Below are positions 30,760 to 45,315 of a stretch of DNA of 64,000 bases, in pieces. Each line of letters begins with the position of its first letter. Position 1 is the first letter of the stretch. The translations under genes and the position numbers were made by a program. Source of the stretch: the human T2T-CHM13v2.0 reference genome, Homo sapiens; assembly GCF_009914755.1 (NCBI RefSeq), contig NC_060932.1; one strand, written 5' to 3'. Below the pieces are notes generated by a model that made no database searches, was not told where the DNA came from, and was given only the letters and a program-made list of their open reading frames with translations.

Positions 30760-31270
30760 AGTCTAAAACCCTAGGGTCTGCGAATTCTGGCCAGTGCGCT
30801 GGGGAGAGGTAGTAGAGTAATTAAGTTAGCTGTTAGCTGCTGTGAGCGGACTTCGGTATTTCATCGCAGCTGCCTGCCTCTGTCTCCCCAGCCGCCCTCC
30901 CACATCTTCCTATGAGACCGGCTGTGTGTGTGAAGGAGGTGCTGTTTCCCACAGCTCTGATCTAATTCAGCTGAAATTCAATCTCCGTGTGACCAACCTC
31001 AGCCAGCGCTCTCCCACCCACCGCCGGCCTCCCCTCTGCAGGCTGTGTGTGCTGCCCATTTACACCATCAATCCCACAGCCTCCCCTCCACCAGCCCCTG
31101 GGTATAGACTTACGGTGTCAGCGGGCCAGCCTTGGGGGCTCGCCTGCTGCCCGGACGCTCACCCCTCATCCCCAGTACTCCGAGGTGAGACACTCTATAC
31201 CTGCCACTCGGTGGCCTGAATGGGGCCTGTGAGTCATCGCAGGAGAAAGGGCAGTGGGGCCAGCTGAGGC
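30760..31270. promoter_or_regulatory. CpG-enriched GC-rich unique block (candidate enhancer or weak promoter)
   Basis: About 19 CpGs in ~460 bp by eye count, within ~3 kb free of recognisable repeats; AP-1 site TGAGTCA near 31230. Confidence 0.45.
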
Positions 31271-32929
31271 TGAGAACCCAAAACAGATGTCAGAGACATC
31301 AGGCCACGTTTTCCATGGATCTTCAGTGCCCAGAAAGATTTATGACCTCTTTTAACCCCCTTTTAACGTGGGTTGAACTGGGCTTGTCTTATAGGGGGGA
31401 AACAAGTCTGGCAGTCATTCAGAAAGTCACCAGAGCGACAGGGCCTGCCCTGGGTCTGTGGACCCTTGCTTCCTTTCTTTGTCATCCCTCTCTTAAGCTC
31501 CATCCCTTAGCCTCTGTGTTTGGTGGGGACATTCCATCACAGACTCATCAGAGCTCTCCATCCCTTGACAGCCCAAAGCTGCTTGTGGCTTTGACCCTAA
31601 ATGGTATTCAATTTGGGTTTGCATCTTCATACTGAACAAGGAAATAATAAGTATCTTTTAGAAGAGCAGAGATTGCAGAAGGCCAGCACTGGCCAGTGAT
31701 GCAGGGCCCTGGCTTTTTTTTTTTTTTTTTTTTTTCTGGTCTAATTGTTGCCTAATCATGTTATCCTGGATCAGGCGCACTTTCTTTTGACTAAGAAAGC
31801 TTTGAACTTTGCTTTGCACTTCCTGCAAGAGGAGGATTTCTACCTCGGGGCAGAGAGGCACAGGAAGGCAGAGGTTTGCGGGTACCTTTTACAAGCCCTA
31901 TGAAGCAAAAGGGAAGGGGTTTACAAAGGCATCATAATTAGAAATGATGTGTCAGGGCAGGCAGGCACCACTAGAATGTGACCCTGCCGGTCTCCTCCCA
32001 GGCTGCTGCAGGAACACGGGAAATTCAGCGTGGCTTCAGCACGGGCACTCAAGCCATTTTCCAATGCAAAGGATCCCAGTCTTCCAACCTTCCATTAGTT
32101 TTACTGCACAGATTGATAAGTGACAGGCAGGGTCACACCTTCATGCTTATTTTTTTTTTAAGAGAATTATAATTTGCATGAAGAGATTCCTTTTTGCTAA
32201 CAATCCACCCGCTCGCTTATCTTGATCTACAGATAAAAACAGGACAGTGGAGCTGGAAAGTGTTTCCCGCACCTCCCTCAGACTCCCAGACACTCAATTT
32301 GCATTCAGTCTCAGAGAGAGTTTAGAGCCTGCTGTGTCTCCTTTTTTTGGACAGTGGGTAGTTATGACCGGAATTAAAAGGAGAAAAGTCTCCAGCACTT
32401 AAAAAAATCATCCAACTTTTTTTATGAACTTCTGCTAACAGTTAGGCTGTGTCACGGAGGGAGGTGTCCTGGGAGGGAACCTCACCCCTCCCTAGAGAAG
32501 AGGAAGCTTCCCGCAGCCAACCTCAGAAATAATCGTCTCCCTGAGTCCTGAGAAAACTGCCCCAAATGTTAACACATCAATCTTAAGGAAACGAGCCTGG
32601 CTTTTACCGACTTAATTTCATATAATTATTTCAGAGTTTAAGTCTTTACAAGAAAGAGGGAGTGGAGGGAAAGGATCAGAAAATTGAAGGGGATGAACAG
32701 AAGAGGAATGAGATTCCTTTGTTTTGAAGATTCCCATTTCTCTCCCAGTGTGCAGGGCATCTTTATCTGTGCTTTCGTCTCTCAGGAGCAAATGCACAGC
32801 ACACTCAACAGCATGTGGAGAAGCTTGGAAGGCGCTGATTTCGGCTCAAGTCCGTTTTTAAAGGACACTTTAATAAAGCTTCCTCTTGTGTCTTGGATCT
32901 TAGAACACCAAATGTACAGTGAAATGAGG

Positions 32930-33130
32930 TCAGAAGACCTGTGTGCCAGTCCTGACTCCTGACCACTAAGTTATGATGTAGTTGGCACAAGTCATTAAGC
33001 TTCGGGGACTTTATTACATCTCTAAAATGGAGGTAATGAGACCTCCCCTGCCCCCCTCTGGGGGGTTATATATAGGAAAATAGGAAAACACTTTGAAAAG
33101 TTAAAAATGCTGCTATACAGTCAAAAGTTA
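32930..33130 (+). mobile_element. MIR
   Basis: gaggtcagaagacctg...acaagtcattaagc...tctaaaatggaggtaat. Confidence 0.7.
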
Positions 33131-33184
33131 TTATTCTTACAATAATAAAGTTCATTATGAGTATTCTGTAAGTACATTTTTAAA

Positions 33185-33345
<161 letters not shown>

Positions 33346-33389
33346 TAAGAGCCAGCAGCATAGGATTTGTTAAGTAAGGAAAAAGCTCG

Positions 33390-33565
33390 GACACCATCTA
33401 GTCCAATCAGTTTTAAATGCATCCATTTAAAATGTAAATGACAAAGCCTCATCCTCCAGAAATATTGATTCCATAGGTATAGATTAGCCCAGAAATCTGG
33501 ATTTTAGATCACCACCTTGGGATATTCAGAGATAGAATCCAACAACCTGACTTTGAGCAACGTTG
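33390..33565. mobile_element. MER5-family fragment
   Basis: ctcatcctccagaaatattgattccataggt...cccagaaatctggatttt...actttgag. Confidence 0.55.
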
Positions 33566-36500
33566 TTTTGCAAAACGAGGACATTTCTCATTCTCCTACT
33601 CCCTGGCCATATCCTTCCTCCCACTGGGGCTGGGTGTGAGAATAGAGCACATTACTTTCACATCTCTTCATTAATATTTCAGAATCTACAATGTGAAGGA
33701 CTGGGAAGAAACAAAGCAGAATCGGGGATTATGTTGATGGGTTTGGTTTCCCTTTAATGATGAGAAAAAATGCATGTCTGCTCTGAGCAGATGATAAATT
33801 GATCCAGAAAATGTTGCACAAGTGTTCTTTGCTAAGCTTCAGGGTCAAAGTCAACAATATAAAAGAAAATATACCTCCGTTTAGTTGAAAAGGACTTACG
33901 TTCAAGGCATTGCACAACAGGTCTGGTGTGGGTTACACTCTGTCAAATGGCCCTGTTCATTTATTCAGCTTTCCACAGATCTTTGCCAAAGAGGACAATG
34001 AGAGAAAGAGACAGATTTAGCTGTTGTGGTTGCAGTTTGTTTTTGCACCTGGTGGGTTTTTTTTTAAAATGACAATAGTTTGAGAATATCACGACAACAT
34101 TTTTAAAGATAATGAAATCATTTGTATGTGAAGTTGGGATAATGAAATGACAAGCCTCTCATAAAAGGAATCTCCTTTTAGTAACCATTGCCTATACTTG
34201 CATTAAGTGAAAAAAAAAAAAAAAAAATGAACCGAGGAAGAACTTTCTAGAAAGATAGATAGCTCCTAGAAATCTGGGAGCTTTTCATCATTATTAAACT
34301 CATTTGTCTTGCAACTTTCTATTCCTAAAATGAGCAAAAAATTTAACAAAAGCAGTCTCTGGAAAACCAAAACAGAGAACTCATAACATATTCCATTTAC
34401 TCATAGGAAACTCTCAGGTACCTCCTCAAACCTCTCTACACACAGTTCTAATGCACATCTGCATGCACACACGTGTAAGTGTGTGTCTATATTGGTCTTC
34501 TATGCTCACAGTAAACACTGAACATCAGAAAATTAGGGTAGAAGAATTTCTGGAAATAGGTGCATTGATAACCAGAGTGATTGGTCAATGGACTGATGAA
34601 AAGCAGGGAGACGAGAGTATATTTAAAAGTTTTCAAAATAACTTCAGAATCTGAAAATTTGGGACCCTTTATGTGCCCTATTGCATTGCAGCAGAGTAAC
34701 AAAATCTTGTTCACTGTCATGATCCCAAGGCATCAAGAAAAAAATTAAATTTCATCCATTTTCTCTGTTTAAGAAGGTACTAAACAATGTATTTTGGAAA
34801 GATTTTCATCAAAATGTTTAAAATTAAAAAGTCCATGCTGAAAGAGACAAATCCTTATGTTTCCAGAACTCTCATTTACTCAAAAATCTTTTTTCCCAAA
34901 GTTTCTGAATAAGCAAAGTTTGTCTAAGGAGCAAAGATTGGGAGAGAGGAGGAGTGGGAGGAGGAACAGCTGTTCTGAATTAAGAAGCATGTTAATGACA
35001 GCACAGGAGTCAGAAAGATGCTCGGGTTCGCCTGCTGGTCTAAGAGGCAATGTATTAAACTGTCTAATAAAAACAATTGTTCTAGGCCTGTGATAATGGA
35101 CATGAGGAGAAAGATTTGGAAGACAGCATTGACGAATGAAGTATCTGTGGCATAAAACCACTCTCTCCTGCGCCCTCAGTCCAAGGCTGTTATCAGAAGT
35201 AGGTGACACTGCACAGGCACGGGGTGACGAGGGGCGTGCTGGAAATGGCCCAGTCTAACTCACTCACATTTTGGCTTCACAGGGAGCATTTTCTGAGAGG
35301 GTCGATCACCTGAACTGCAAATGGGCCAGGGCAGGAACAAGAGGGGAGAAAAGGGGATGCTTTCAACAGGAAGATTAATGATAAACACGAAATAGCATGA
35401 TGACTGTGAAGGTTTCAGGCACCGGAGATGCTAAGAAAAAAGAAAACAGAAAGTCTTTTTATCTTTACAGTGGTTCCTATAAAGGGGTCAGCAGGTCGTG
35501 GTAGAAACTATCAGTTAATTATCTCTAGGTCAGCAGCATGCCTCTAGTCAGAGAGCCCAGCCCCCTTGCAAGGAGACCCTGAGCTCACTGATGCCGACCA
35601 GGAAAGGCCAGGGGTGGGGGGAGGAAACTTCTGAGCAGGAGACAGAAGCTGCACCAAGCCCCTCATCCTGCTTGCCTCTCACCCCTGAATCTACATCCCA
35701 TAGACACTGAAAACGTTCCCCAAACCTGCCACTGACTAGGGAGCTCTGTCTGAATACAAATAGGACCGAGACTAAAGTGTCCCTATTTTAGAAATGGAGA
35801 GATACTCTAGGAACACAATCAGAATCAAAAACTGCTGTCTCCAGAGCCTAAACCTGACCTTGACTTCAGCCTTCACCTTCTCCCTGGCCACTTGACAAGA
35901 CGTAGTCACATTTAGGACACGGAAAATATGTAAACCCTTCAAAAAGTTTTTAAATCCTGTGTCATGTCATCTAATTTGTGCTGTAGATAAGAAATATAAA
36001 TACACATGCATTATTATGATTTTTTAAAAAGGCAGAAATCCTAGGTATCAACAACTTCCTAAACATAAATGACTCCTAAATCCAGCTCTTTCCTCAGCCC
36101 TGGACTTGGATTTCCAATTGCCCGCTGGAAATATCCACCTGGCTATCCCATAACTTGTAAACGATTTGTTTGTGAACAAATTCACTTTCTTGTAGACGCA
36201 GGTCTGTTGTCACCTTTTCTGTTTGTCAAGTTATTGAGACGAAGTAAGACTAACAGGATGAATAATCACAAACACATCTGTCCCATCTCACAACAGAAGT
36301 AAAGACTTGTATTGACTGGTTCTTAAGGACACGTAAAGGATTTAGAAGCTGATTCAAGGATGTGTGCATCATGGTCTTACATATCAGCAATTCTGAATCA
36401 TGAGTAGTCGAGATAAGTTATAATAGTTGTTATCACTGTTATGATATCTTAGGTATAAAGCCCCAGGAGTTTCCCTTGACAGAAGCAGACTCTGAGAAAA

Positions 36501-38187
36501 GTTTGGCATTGGGTGCCCATATCCCCATTGCTGGCCCTTTGCTTCAAGCGCAGAGAACTGCTCACTCAGAACCCATCCCAAAAATGGTCCTACCCATATT
36601 GTCTTTTCTCATAGACTCACAGAAAGTTGAACCTAAAAAAAAGACATTAGAGATCTTCTAGTTCAGCCCCTTTATGTTCAGATGAGGTCATGGAGATTGA
36701 AAGAAGGGCTATCCCTGTCGGTCACAGAAATCCAGTGGTAGAGCTGTAACTAGAACAAAGATCATCTGTGGTGTTCCTCTTTCCTTTCTGCTTTCACAAC
36801 TATACTATAATGAAGAAAAATTAATACCTTTCCAAGAGATATTTACATTTTAACAGGGTTCAAAGAATCAAGCTAACCCAGCGATAAGAGCAGAGCATTA
36901 GGGATCAACTGCACAACAGAGCAGGTGTTTATAGGCTAGCTACCTATGAGGCTGAGTATTCTGAAATACATTCCTTTCAACATCACAGAGGTCTGACGTG
37001 TTTACAAAGCTTCCTTGTCTCTTAAACTCCTTTCAATATTAATGCCTTCATGACTGGAAAGGAAAACATCTGAAGTGACTACATTGTATTACTTACTGTA
37101 CAGTGTGCATGTCATAACCAGATTCACCACGTAATTTAGGGCTTCCTCTACAGTATTTCCCTTGAAGAAAATTGAGGCTAATAAGAAATTCTCCTTTCCT
37201 TTTCTAGTTGTTCTTGGTATTTTGTTACCAATTTAGTGATGGCTCAACTATAAGTTTGAGCAGGAGGAAGGACTAAAGGTGTGGAGCAAGGTCATGGACA
37301 TGGGCTTGGGTCCAAGAGATGTCTGTGTTTACTCTCCTTGATGACTGTCAAGTCATTTCCCCTGGGTGTCCTAATTCAATTGCAAGAGAACCAACATGTC
37401 TAGTCCCAGGCATTGCTTCTGTAACACTATCTCACTTCCTTATCACTTCCCCATCCTTCCCTCTTTCAAGACTGGAAATAGCTTTGTCATTTCCATTTAC
37501 CTTCACCTCTATCTTCCCCACTTCCTTCCCATTTACCTTAGCAAGATAAATACAAAAGAAACTATGTTCAGAAGACATACTTGACCTAGCATGTCATAGA
37601 TGTGCAATAAGCATGCTGAGATTAATCCCATAATTGGTATCCCTTCCTAGGTGCCTATGGATAGATGCCCTGGAGAAACTGGCTTAGTATTAATGAAAAA
37701 CACACCCATAAGTTGTACGTGATACAGATTGAAATATTACTTAAATGCCAACAAGCGTGAAGATTATGATTCTAAATAAGATTTTTGACATTTTTCATTG
37801 AGTTTTCCAGGGCTCCTTACAAGGAAGCTACAGGAATTTTTTCACAAAGGATCTATGCACCACTGTGAAATCCAAGTTCTGTTCCATGTCTTCAAAAATA
37901 TTGAGCTGTTTTGCAGTCTATTCCATCACACATTTATGTTTGTTTTAACATAAAATTTCCCCAAAACGTCTTGTAAAATGGATGCTTCAAGAAGATGCAC
38001 AATGTTTATCCTATGACTTTCAAAAGCCGCTGTAATACCACTGCATACTCCAGCTTGAGAAATCAAACATAACCATCAAAGGAACCATGAAAAGAGCCAT
38101 GCTCTTTGAAGGCCAGGGTCCCAATTTTATTTTAAGGCTTTTTCTTTTTATCAATTATAAAATCTGACAAGTGTTTCTACTAAATAA

Positions 38188-38507
<320 letters not shown>

Positions 38508-39314
38508 AGTATACTGAACTTCTGAGGTGCTATCCAGTCCATGTGTCATTGTTAAAATCTATTTTTGTCCACAGCTCTGTTAAAGGGATAGACCAGACCT
38601 TGTTAATTCTATGTGCCAGCAACTTCCCAGGGTTGGACCCGACCCACGCTGGTCAAATCAGACACTCTCCTGAGAATTTAGAAATGGAACCCAGGGGTTA
38701 CCTGGTTTTGGGCCCCAGAGCTGAGAGGTCACTCAGAGCCAAGGCTGGAGCGGTCTTTTTATGCCTAGAACTTTCTGAAGCAGAACAAGTCAGCCCAGAA
38801 AGAAAAAGAGAATTAAGCAAAATTGCTTTAGAAAGAAAGGAAGCAATAATAAATAAGTTAATAAAATATTTTTCTAGCAAAGGATAGGAAGATTGGGAAT
38901 AAATAACAAAAAAAATTTCTAGTCAAATTGGGATTAAATTAGAAATCAATAACAAAAGATTATATTAAAACTACTAAATATTTAGAAATTAAACAGTAAT
39001 GCTTCTAGATAATTCACAGATAAAAGAAAAAATCATAAGATAGATTCTGTATTTTGAAGTAGATGAAAATGTAAACAGCATATCAAAATGTATGAGATGC
39101 AGCTGAAACAGTGCTGTGAGGGAAATTTATAGCATTAAGTGCTTATATTAGAAAAACAGAAAAAGTCTCAGAAATTATCTAAATTTTTACCTTAAGAAAT
39201 TTGAAAAAGAACAAATAAACCCAACTCACGCAGAGGACATTATAATAAAGGTAACAGCAGAAATCAAGGAAATCAAAAACACAAAAGCAATAGAGAAAAT
39301 AAAATCAAAAGCTA

Positions 39315-39685
<371 letters not shown>

Positions 39686-40795
39686 CTAAACAGGGAAAAG
39701 AGATGACAAAAATTACCAATGTCAAGAATGAAAGTATGAGCAGACTCTACAGACATTAAAAGATAATCATGGAATATTATGAACAATATTATGCCTATAA
39801 ATTTCACAGCTTCAGTGAAATAGACAAAGTCCTTGAAAGACACAAACTATCACAGCTCACTGAAGAAGAAATAGTTAATGTAAAACATTCTATATCTATT
39901 AAAGAAATGGAATTAATATTTACAAATTTTCCCCAAAGTAAAACCCCAGGTCGAGATGGCTCCATTAGTAATTCTACCAAATATCTAAGAAAGAAATTAT
40001 AACCGTTGTATACAAACAATGAACTTTTTAGAAAATAAAAAAGGAGATAACATTTACAACTATTTTATGAGTCCAGAATTACCCTGACACTGAAATAAGA
40101 CAGATATCACACACACAAAGTGTTACAGATTAATATTCTCATGAGCATAGACACAAATACCTGTAACAAAATATTAGCAAATGGAATCCAGCAATGTATA
40201 AAGAGGATAATGCATCATGACCAAGTGGGATTTTTCTTAGGAATGCAAGGTTGTTTCGACATTTGAAAATCAGTCAATATAATTTACTATATTAACAAAT
40301 CAAAAAAGAAAAATGACAATCATCCCTTGACAAAATTCCACACTTATTCCTGATTAAAAAAAGAAAATCGCAAGAAACTAAGAATAGAAAGGACATTCCT
40401 CAACCTGATGAAAGATGTCTACAAAAAAATCTAGAGCTAACGATATATTTAATGGCGAAAGACTGAATGTGTTTCTCCTAAGGTTTAGAACAATGGAAGG
40501 ATGTCTTTTTTCACCACTTCTAGTCAATATTGTACTGTAGGTTTTAGCCAATGCAATAAGACAAAAGCAAAAAAAATGAGAGCCATGCAGACTGTAAAGG
40601 AAGAAGTAAAACTTGTTATTTGCACATGACATGATTGTGTTGTCTAGATTCCCAAGGACTCTACAAAAATGTTATAAAATAAATAATAAAAGAGCTGATA
40701 ACTGAGTATAGTAAGATAATATATTAAAATCAATTGCATATTTTTATACACTAGCAAAAAAAATTGGCATAATCCTTGAAATAATAAATTGATAA

Positions 40796-40902
40796 GGCTG
40801 GACACAGGGGCTTATGCCTGTAGTCCCAACACTAGGAGTCCAAGGCAGGAGGATCATTTGAGAATTTGAGACCAGCCCAGAAAACATAATGAGACCCCAT
40901 CT
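40796..40902 (+). mobile_element. FLAM/Alu left monomer
   Basis: ggctggacacaggggcttatgcctgtagtccc...gagaccccatct. Confidence 0.8.
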
Positions 40903-40918
40903 GGATGACTAGATGATT

Positions 40919-40952
<34 letters not shown>

Positions 40953-40970
40953 CAGATAGATAGATAGATA
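40919..40970 (+). repeat. Compound tetranucleotide STR (GATA)8 GACA (GATA)4
   Basis: Read directly from the sequence. Confidence 0.95.
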
Positions 40971-42125
40971 AAGCTGGACTTCATTAAAATTAAAAGCCTC
41001 TTCTCTGAAAGGTACTGTCAAGAAAATGAGAAGACAAGCCACAGACTAGGAGAAAATATTTATGAAACACTAATAAAACACTGTTATCTAAAACATACAA
41101 AGAACTCTTAAAATTGAATGATTTTAAAAACCTGATTTAAAATAGACAAAATACCTGGACACCTCACCAAAGAAGATATAAACAGGTGGCAAATAAGCAT
41201 ATGAAAAAAATGCACAACATCCTATATCATTAGGAAATTACAAATTAAAACAACAGGATACCATCACACACTTATTAGAATGGCCAAAATCCAAAACATT
41301 GACGACATCAAATGCTGGTGAGGACGTGGAGCAACAGGAACTCTCATTCACTGTTGGTAGGAATACAAAATGGTACAGCTAATTTAAAAGATAGTTTGGC
41401 AGTTTCTTACAAAACTTACAAAATCTTACCATATGATTTTGGCAATTGTGCTTCCAAATGAGTTGAAAACCTACGTCTAAGCCAAAACTTACATATGAAT
41501 GTTTATAACAGATTTATTTATAATTGCCCAAACTTGAAAGTAACCAAGATGTTCTTCAGTAGGTAAGTGGGTGGACTGTGGTATATTCTGACCATGAAGT
41601 ATTATGAAATACTAAAAAGAAATGAGCTATTAAACCATGAAAAGATATGGAGGAAACTTAAATGCATGTTACCAAGTGAAAGCCAGTCAAAAATGCTACA
41701 AGTTGTATGATTCTGACTATAAGATATTCTGGAAAAAGCAAAACTATGGAGACAGTAAAACAATCAGTGGTTGCCAGGAATTAGGGAGGAGGGAAGGATG
41801 AATGGGCAGGACACAGAGGATCTTTAGGGCAGTGAAACTGTTTTGTATAATTCCATAGTGGTGAATACATATCATTATACATGTGTCAAAACCCACAGAA
41901 TGTACAACACCAAGAGTGAATCCTAATAAACTATGGATTTTGTGTGGTGGTAATGTGTCACTGTAGGCTCATTGATTTTATCATTACCATTCTGGTGTGG
42001 GAATTTGAAAGTAGTGTGGCCGTGTGTATGTGGGAGCAGGGGATGTATAAGAAATCTCTGTACGTTCTGCTTAATTTTGCTGTCAATGTAAAACTGTGCT
42101 AAAACATAATGTCTATTAAAAAATC
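40971..42125 (+). mobile_element. Second L1M 3' end (L1MC-like) nested in the older L1
   Basis: Begins in the ORF2 C-terminus (ctggacttcattaaaattaaaa) and ends gaaatctctgtac...aattttgctgt...gtctattaaaaa; the outer L1 resumes afterwards. Confidence 0.8.
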
Positions 42126-42154
42126 ACAAAGTGAAAATGTTTTCTTACCATTTA

Positions 42155-42565
<411 letters not shown>

Positions 42566-44369
42566 TTAATCAAGGTATATCCCCTGTTTATTAACTGAAT
42601 GATCAGTATTATTAAAGCATCAATTCTCCCCTAATGATCTACAGGTTCAGATCAGTTACTCCAGGTAAAATATTGGCAGGTTTTTGGTAAAAACTGACAA
42701 ATAGATTCTAAATTTATATGGAAATGGAAAGGTCCTAGGATGGCCAAAACAATATTTAAAAAGAAGAGCAAAGTTAGCGGACTTATACTACTTGATTTCA
42801 AGACTTATCATAAATCTACAGTAATCAAGACAGTATGGTGCTGGTGTAAGAACAGATATATAGATGCTTGGAAAAGAAAGAAAACCCAGAAACAGACTTA
42901 CACATTTATGGGTAATTAATTATTGACAAAGTATAAGAATAATTCAATGGGAATAAAAGTAGACTTTTCAACAAATGGTGCAAAAACAACTGTATATACA
43001 TATGAGAAAGAATGAACCTCAATCCAAAATTCCTGCCATACACAAAAAATTAACTAGAAATCAATCATAATCATAGATCAAAATATAAAGTCTAAAACTA
43101 TAAAATGTCTAGGAGAAAACCTTCATAACCTTGGGATAGGCAAAGATTTCTGAGGACACAAAAAGCACCATAAAAAATGATAACAATTTTCTTCACTAAG
43201 ATTCAAAATGTTTGCTCTTCAAAAGACACCAACAAGAAAATGAATTGACAGGCCAAAGACCAGAAGGAAATATTTGCAATGCATGTATCTAACAAAGGAC
43301 TGCTATTCAGAACATATAAACACAACTTAATAATAAACAGGCAAAAAATGGGCAAAAGATTTGTACAGAAACTTCACAAAAGAAAATAAACAAATGGCCA
43401 ATGAGTATATAAAAAGATGCTCAATATTCTTAGTCATCAGACAATGGAAATTAAAACCACAATGAGAAACCACCACACACCTATTAGAATCGCTAAAAAT
43501 TTTAAAGTTTTATATAACCAAGTGTTGGTGAGGATATAGAGCAACTAGAACAGTCATGCATCACTACTGGGAATGTAAAATAGCATAACCACTTTGAAAA
43601 ACAGGTTGGCAATTTCTTACACAGTTAAACATACAGCTACCATACAACCCAAAAATTATACGCCTGGATATTTTCCACCCACAGTGAAATATATGTTACA
43701 CAAATTATTTTACCCAAATGTTCATTTGTTAATAATAGCTAAAAACTGGAGACAAGCCAAACATCTACCTTCAGAATAATAAGCAAGTTGTGCTACATTC
43801 ATGCAATAGACTGCTATTCATCAATGAGAAGAATATCTACAGATACATGTCAGAACATTGTCATCTCAAAAGCATCATATTAAGTGAACAAATTCACACA
43901 AAAACATTATATATATTATATGTATAAAATTCTAGAAAAGGCAAAACTACTTCATTGTTATAGAAAGCAGTTCAAGGGTTGCTTGGGGCTGGGGTTGGCA
44001 GGTAGGGGCACACAGGAGTCTTTTAGGGTGATGAAAGTGTTGTGTGTATTAATTATGATGGTAGTTAAACTGATGTATACAAAACATATCACACTAAGCA
44101 CCTGGAATAAGTGCATTTTATTGGATACAAATTATTACTCAATAAAGTTTTTTGTAAAATTAATTTGGTAGAGCTAAAATAGAAAGTATTTATGGACAAA
44201 AATGGCTTGGAATAAGACTATACAAGGTAGCAGGAGTCAGCCTATGAGGGATTTTCATCCCACGGGCATTGTATATTTTGTTTAAAATACATTTTTAAAA
44301 ATATATATTCCGAAAAATGGCTTGGGCTATTTATGAAAGACAATTTGGTAATGAGTAAGGAATCTTTTT

Positions 44370-44594
44370 CTGACCATAACCCAGAATAGGAATAACATTC
44401 TATGTCATGACCCAGTGCACAAATACACACGTGTATAACAGTACTAACCCTTTCCTACATGCAATGGATATGCATATAAATAGGCATAGGAATAGAAATA
44501 TTTTCTGTTCTATTCTTTTTTAAATGCCGGTGTCATACTTTAAATTAATTTCATGACCCATTAATCGGTTGTGACCTTCAGCTTGTAAAACACT
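44370..44594 (-). mobile_element. hAT-Charlie (Charlie4-like) fragment
   Basis: Minus strand reads agtgttttacaagctgaaggtcacaaccgattaatgggtcatgaaattaattt...aagaatagaacagaaaatat. Confidence 0.6.
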
Positions 44595-44742
44595 ATGTTA
44601 AAAACCTACCTGACATGAATAAATTTTAGTTAAGCAATTCAATATTAATTTCTAGATAAGATCAAGCTTCAAAACAGAGGCGTTCTAGAAGGAAGAGACT
44701 GGGGGAAAAAATGACAGTTAAGACGATTTGGGACATAAACAT

Positions 44743-45086
44743 TGCTATAGACCAAAATTCAAGTGTTGAAACCTAATCACCAATGTGATGATATTTGGAG
44801 CTGGGATTTTGGGGAGATGATGAGTTCATGAGGGTGGAGCCCTCACAAATAGAATTAGTGCCCTTATAAAAGACTCCAGGGAACTCCCTCATTCTTTTGC
44901 CATGTGAGGACACAGTGAGAAGATGCCATCTATGAACCAGAAAGAGGGCTCTCACCAGACACTGAATCTGCCAGCACCTTGATCTTGAATTTTCTAACCT
45001 ATAGAACTGTGAGAAATAAATTTCTGTCATTTATAAGCCACGCAGGGTATGGTAATTTCTTATAGTAGCTCAAATGCACTAAGACA
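44743..45086 (+). mobile_element. MLT1A-type solo LTR
   Basis: tgctatagac...catgtgaggacacagtgagaag...gaactgtgagaaataaatttc...actaagaca. Confidence 0.9.
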
Positions 45087-45149
45087 AACTTGTAGGGATG
45101 GTCCTGGTTTCTTGCTTCCAGCTGTATAGAGGAAGATGACTCAGAATCA

Positions 45150-45315
45150 ATAGGCCTTGAGAGTCAGACAGACCTGGGTTCACATTTGGTTACAGCAATG
45201 ACTGTGTGATTTTAAGCAAGTAATTTGACCTCTCTGAGTCTCCATTTCCTTGTTTGTAAAATGGAGTTAGTAATAGTAAATATTTATCTCAGAGGATTGT
45301 GTGAGGATTAAGCAA
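45150..45315 (+). mobile_element. MIR
   Basis: gagtcagacagacctgggttc...acctctctgagtctccatttccttgtttgtaaaatgg. Confidence 0.8.

Noticed and set aside
30760-31270. Bona fide CpG-island promoter
   Set aside because: My rough CpG observed/expected estimate is below 0.6 and the block is short; kept only as a candidate regulatory element.
29690-31635. Non-repeat ORFs of 79-125 aa as coding exons
   Set aside because: No recognisable protein similarity, overlapping ORFs in several frames, and lengths expected by chance in GC-rich DNA.
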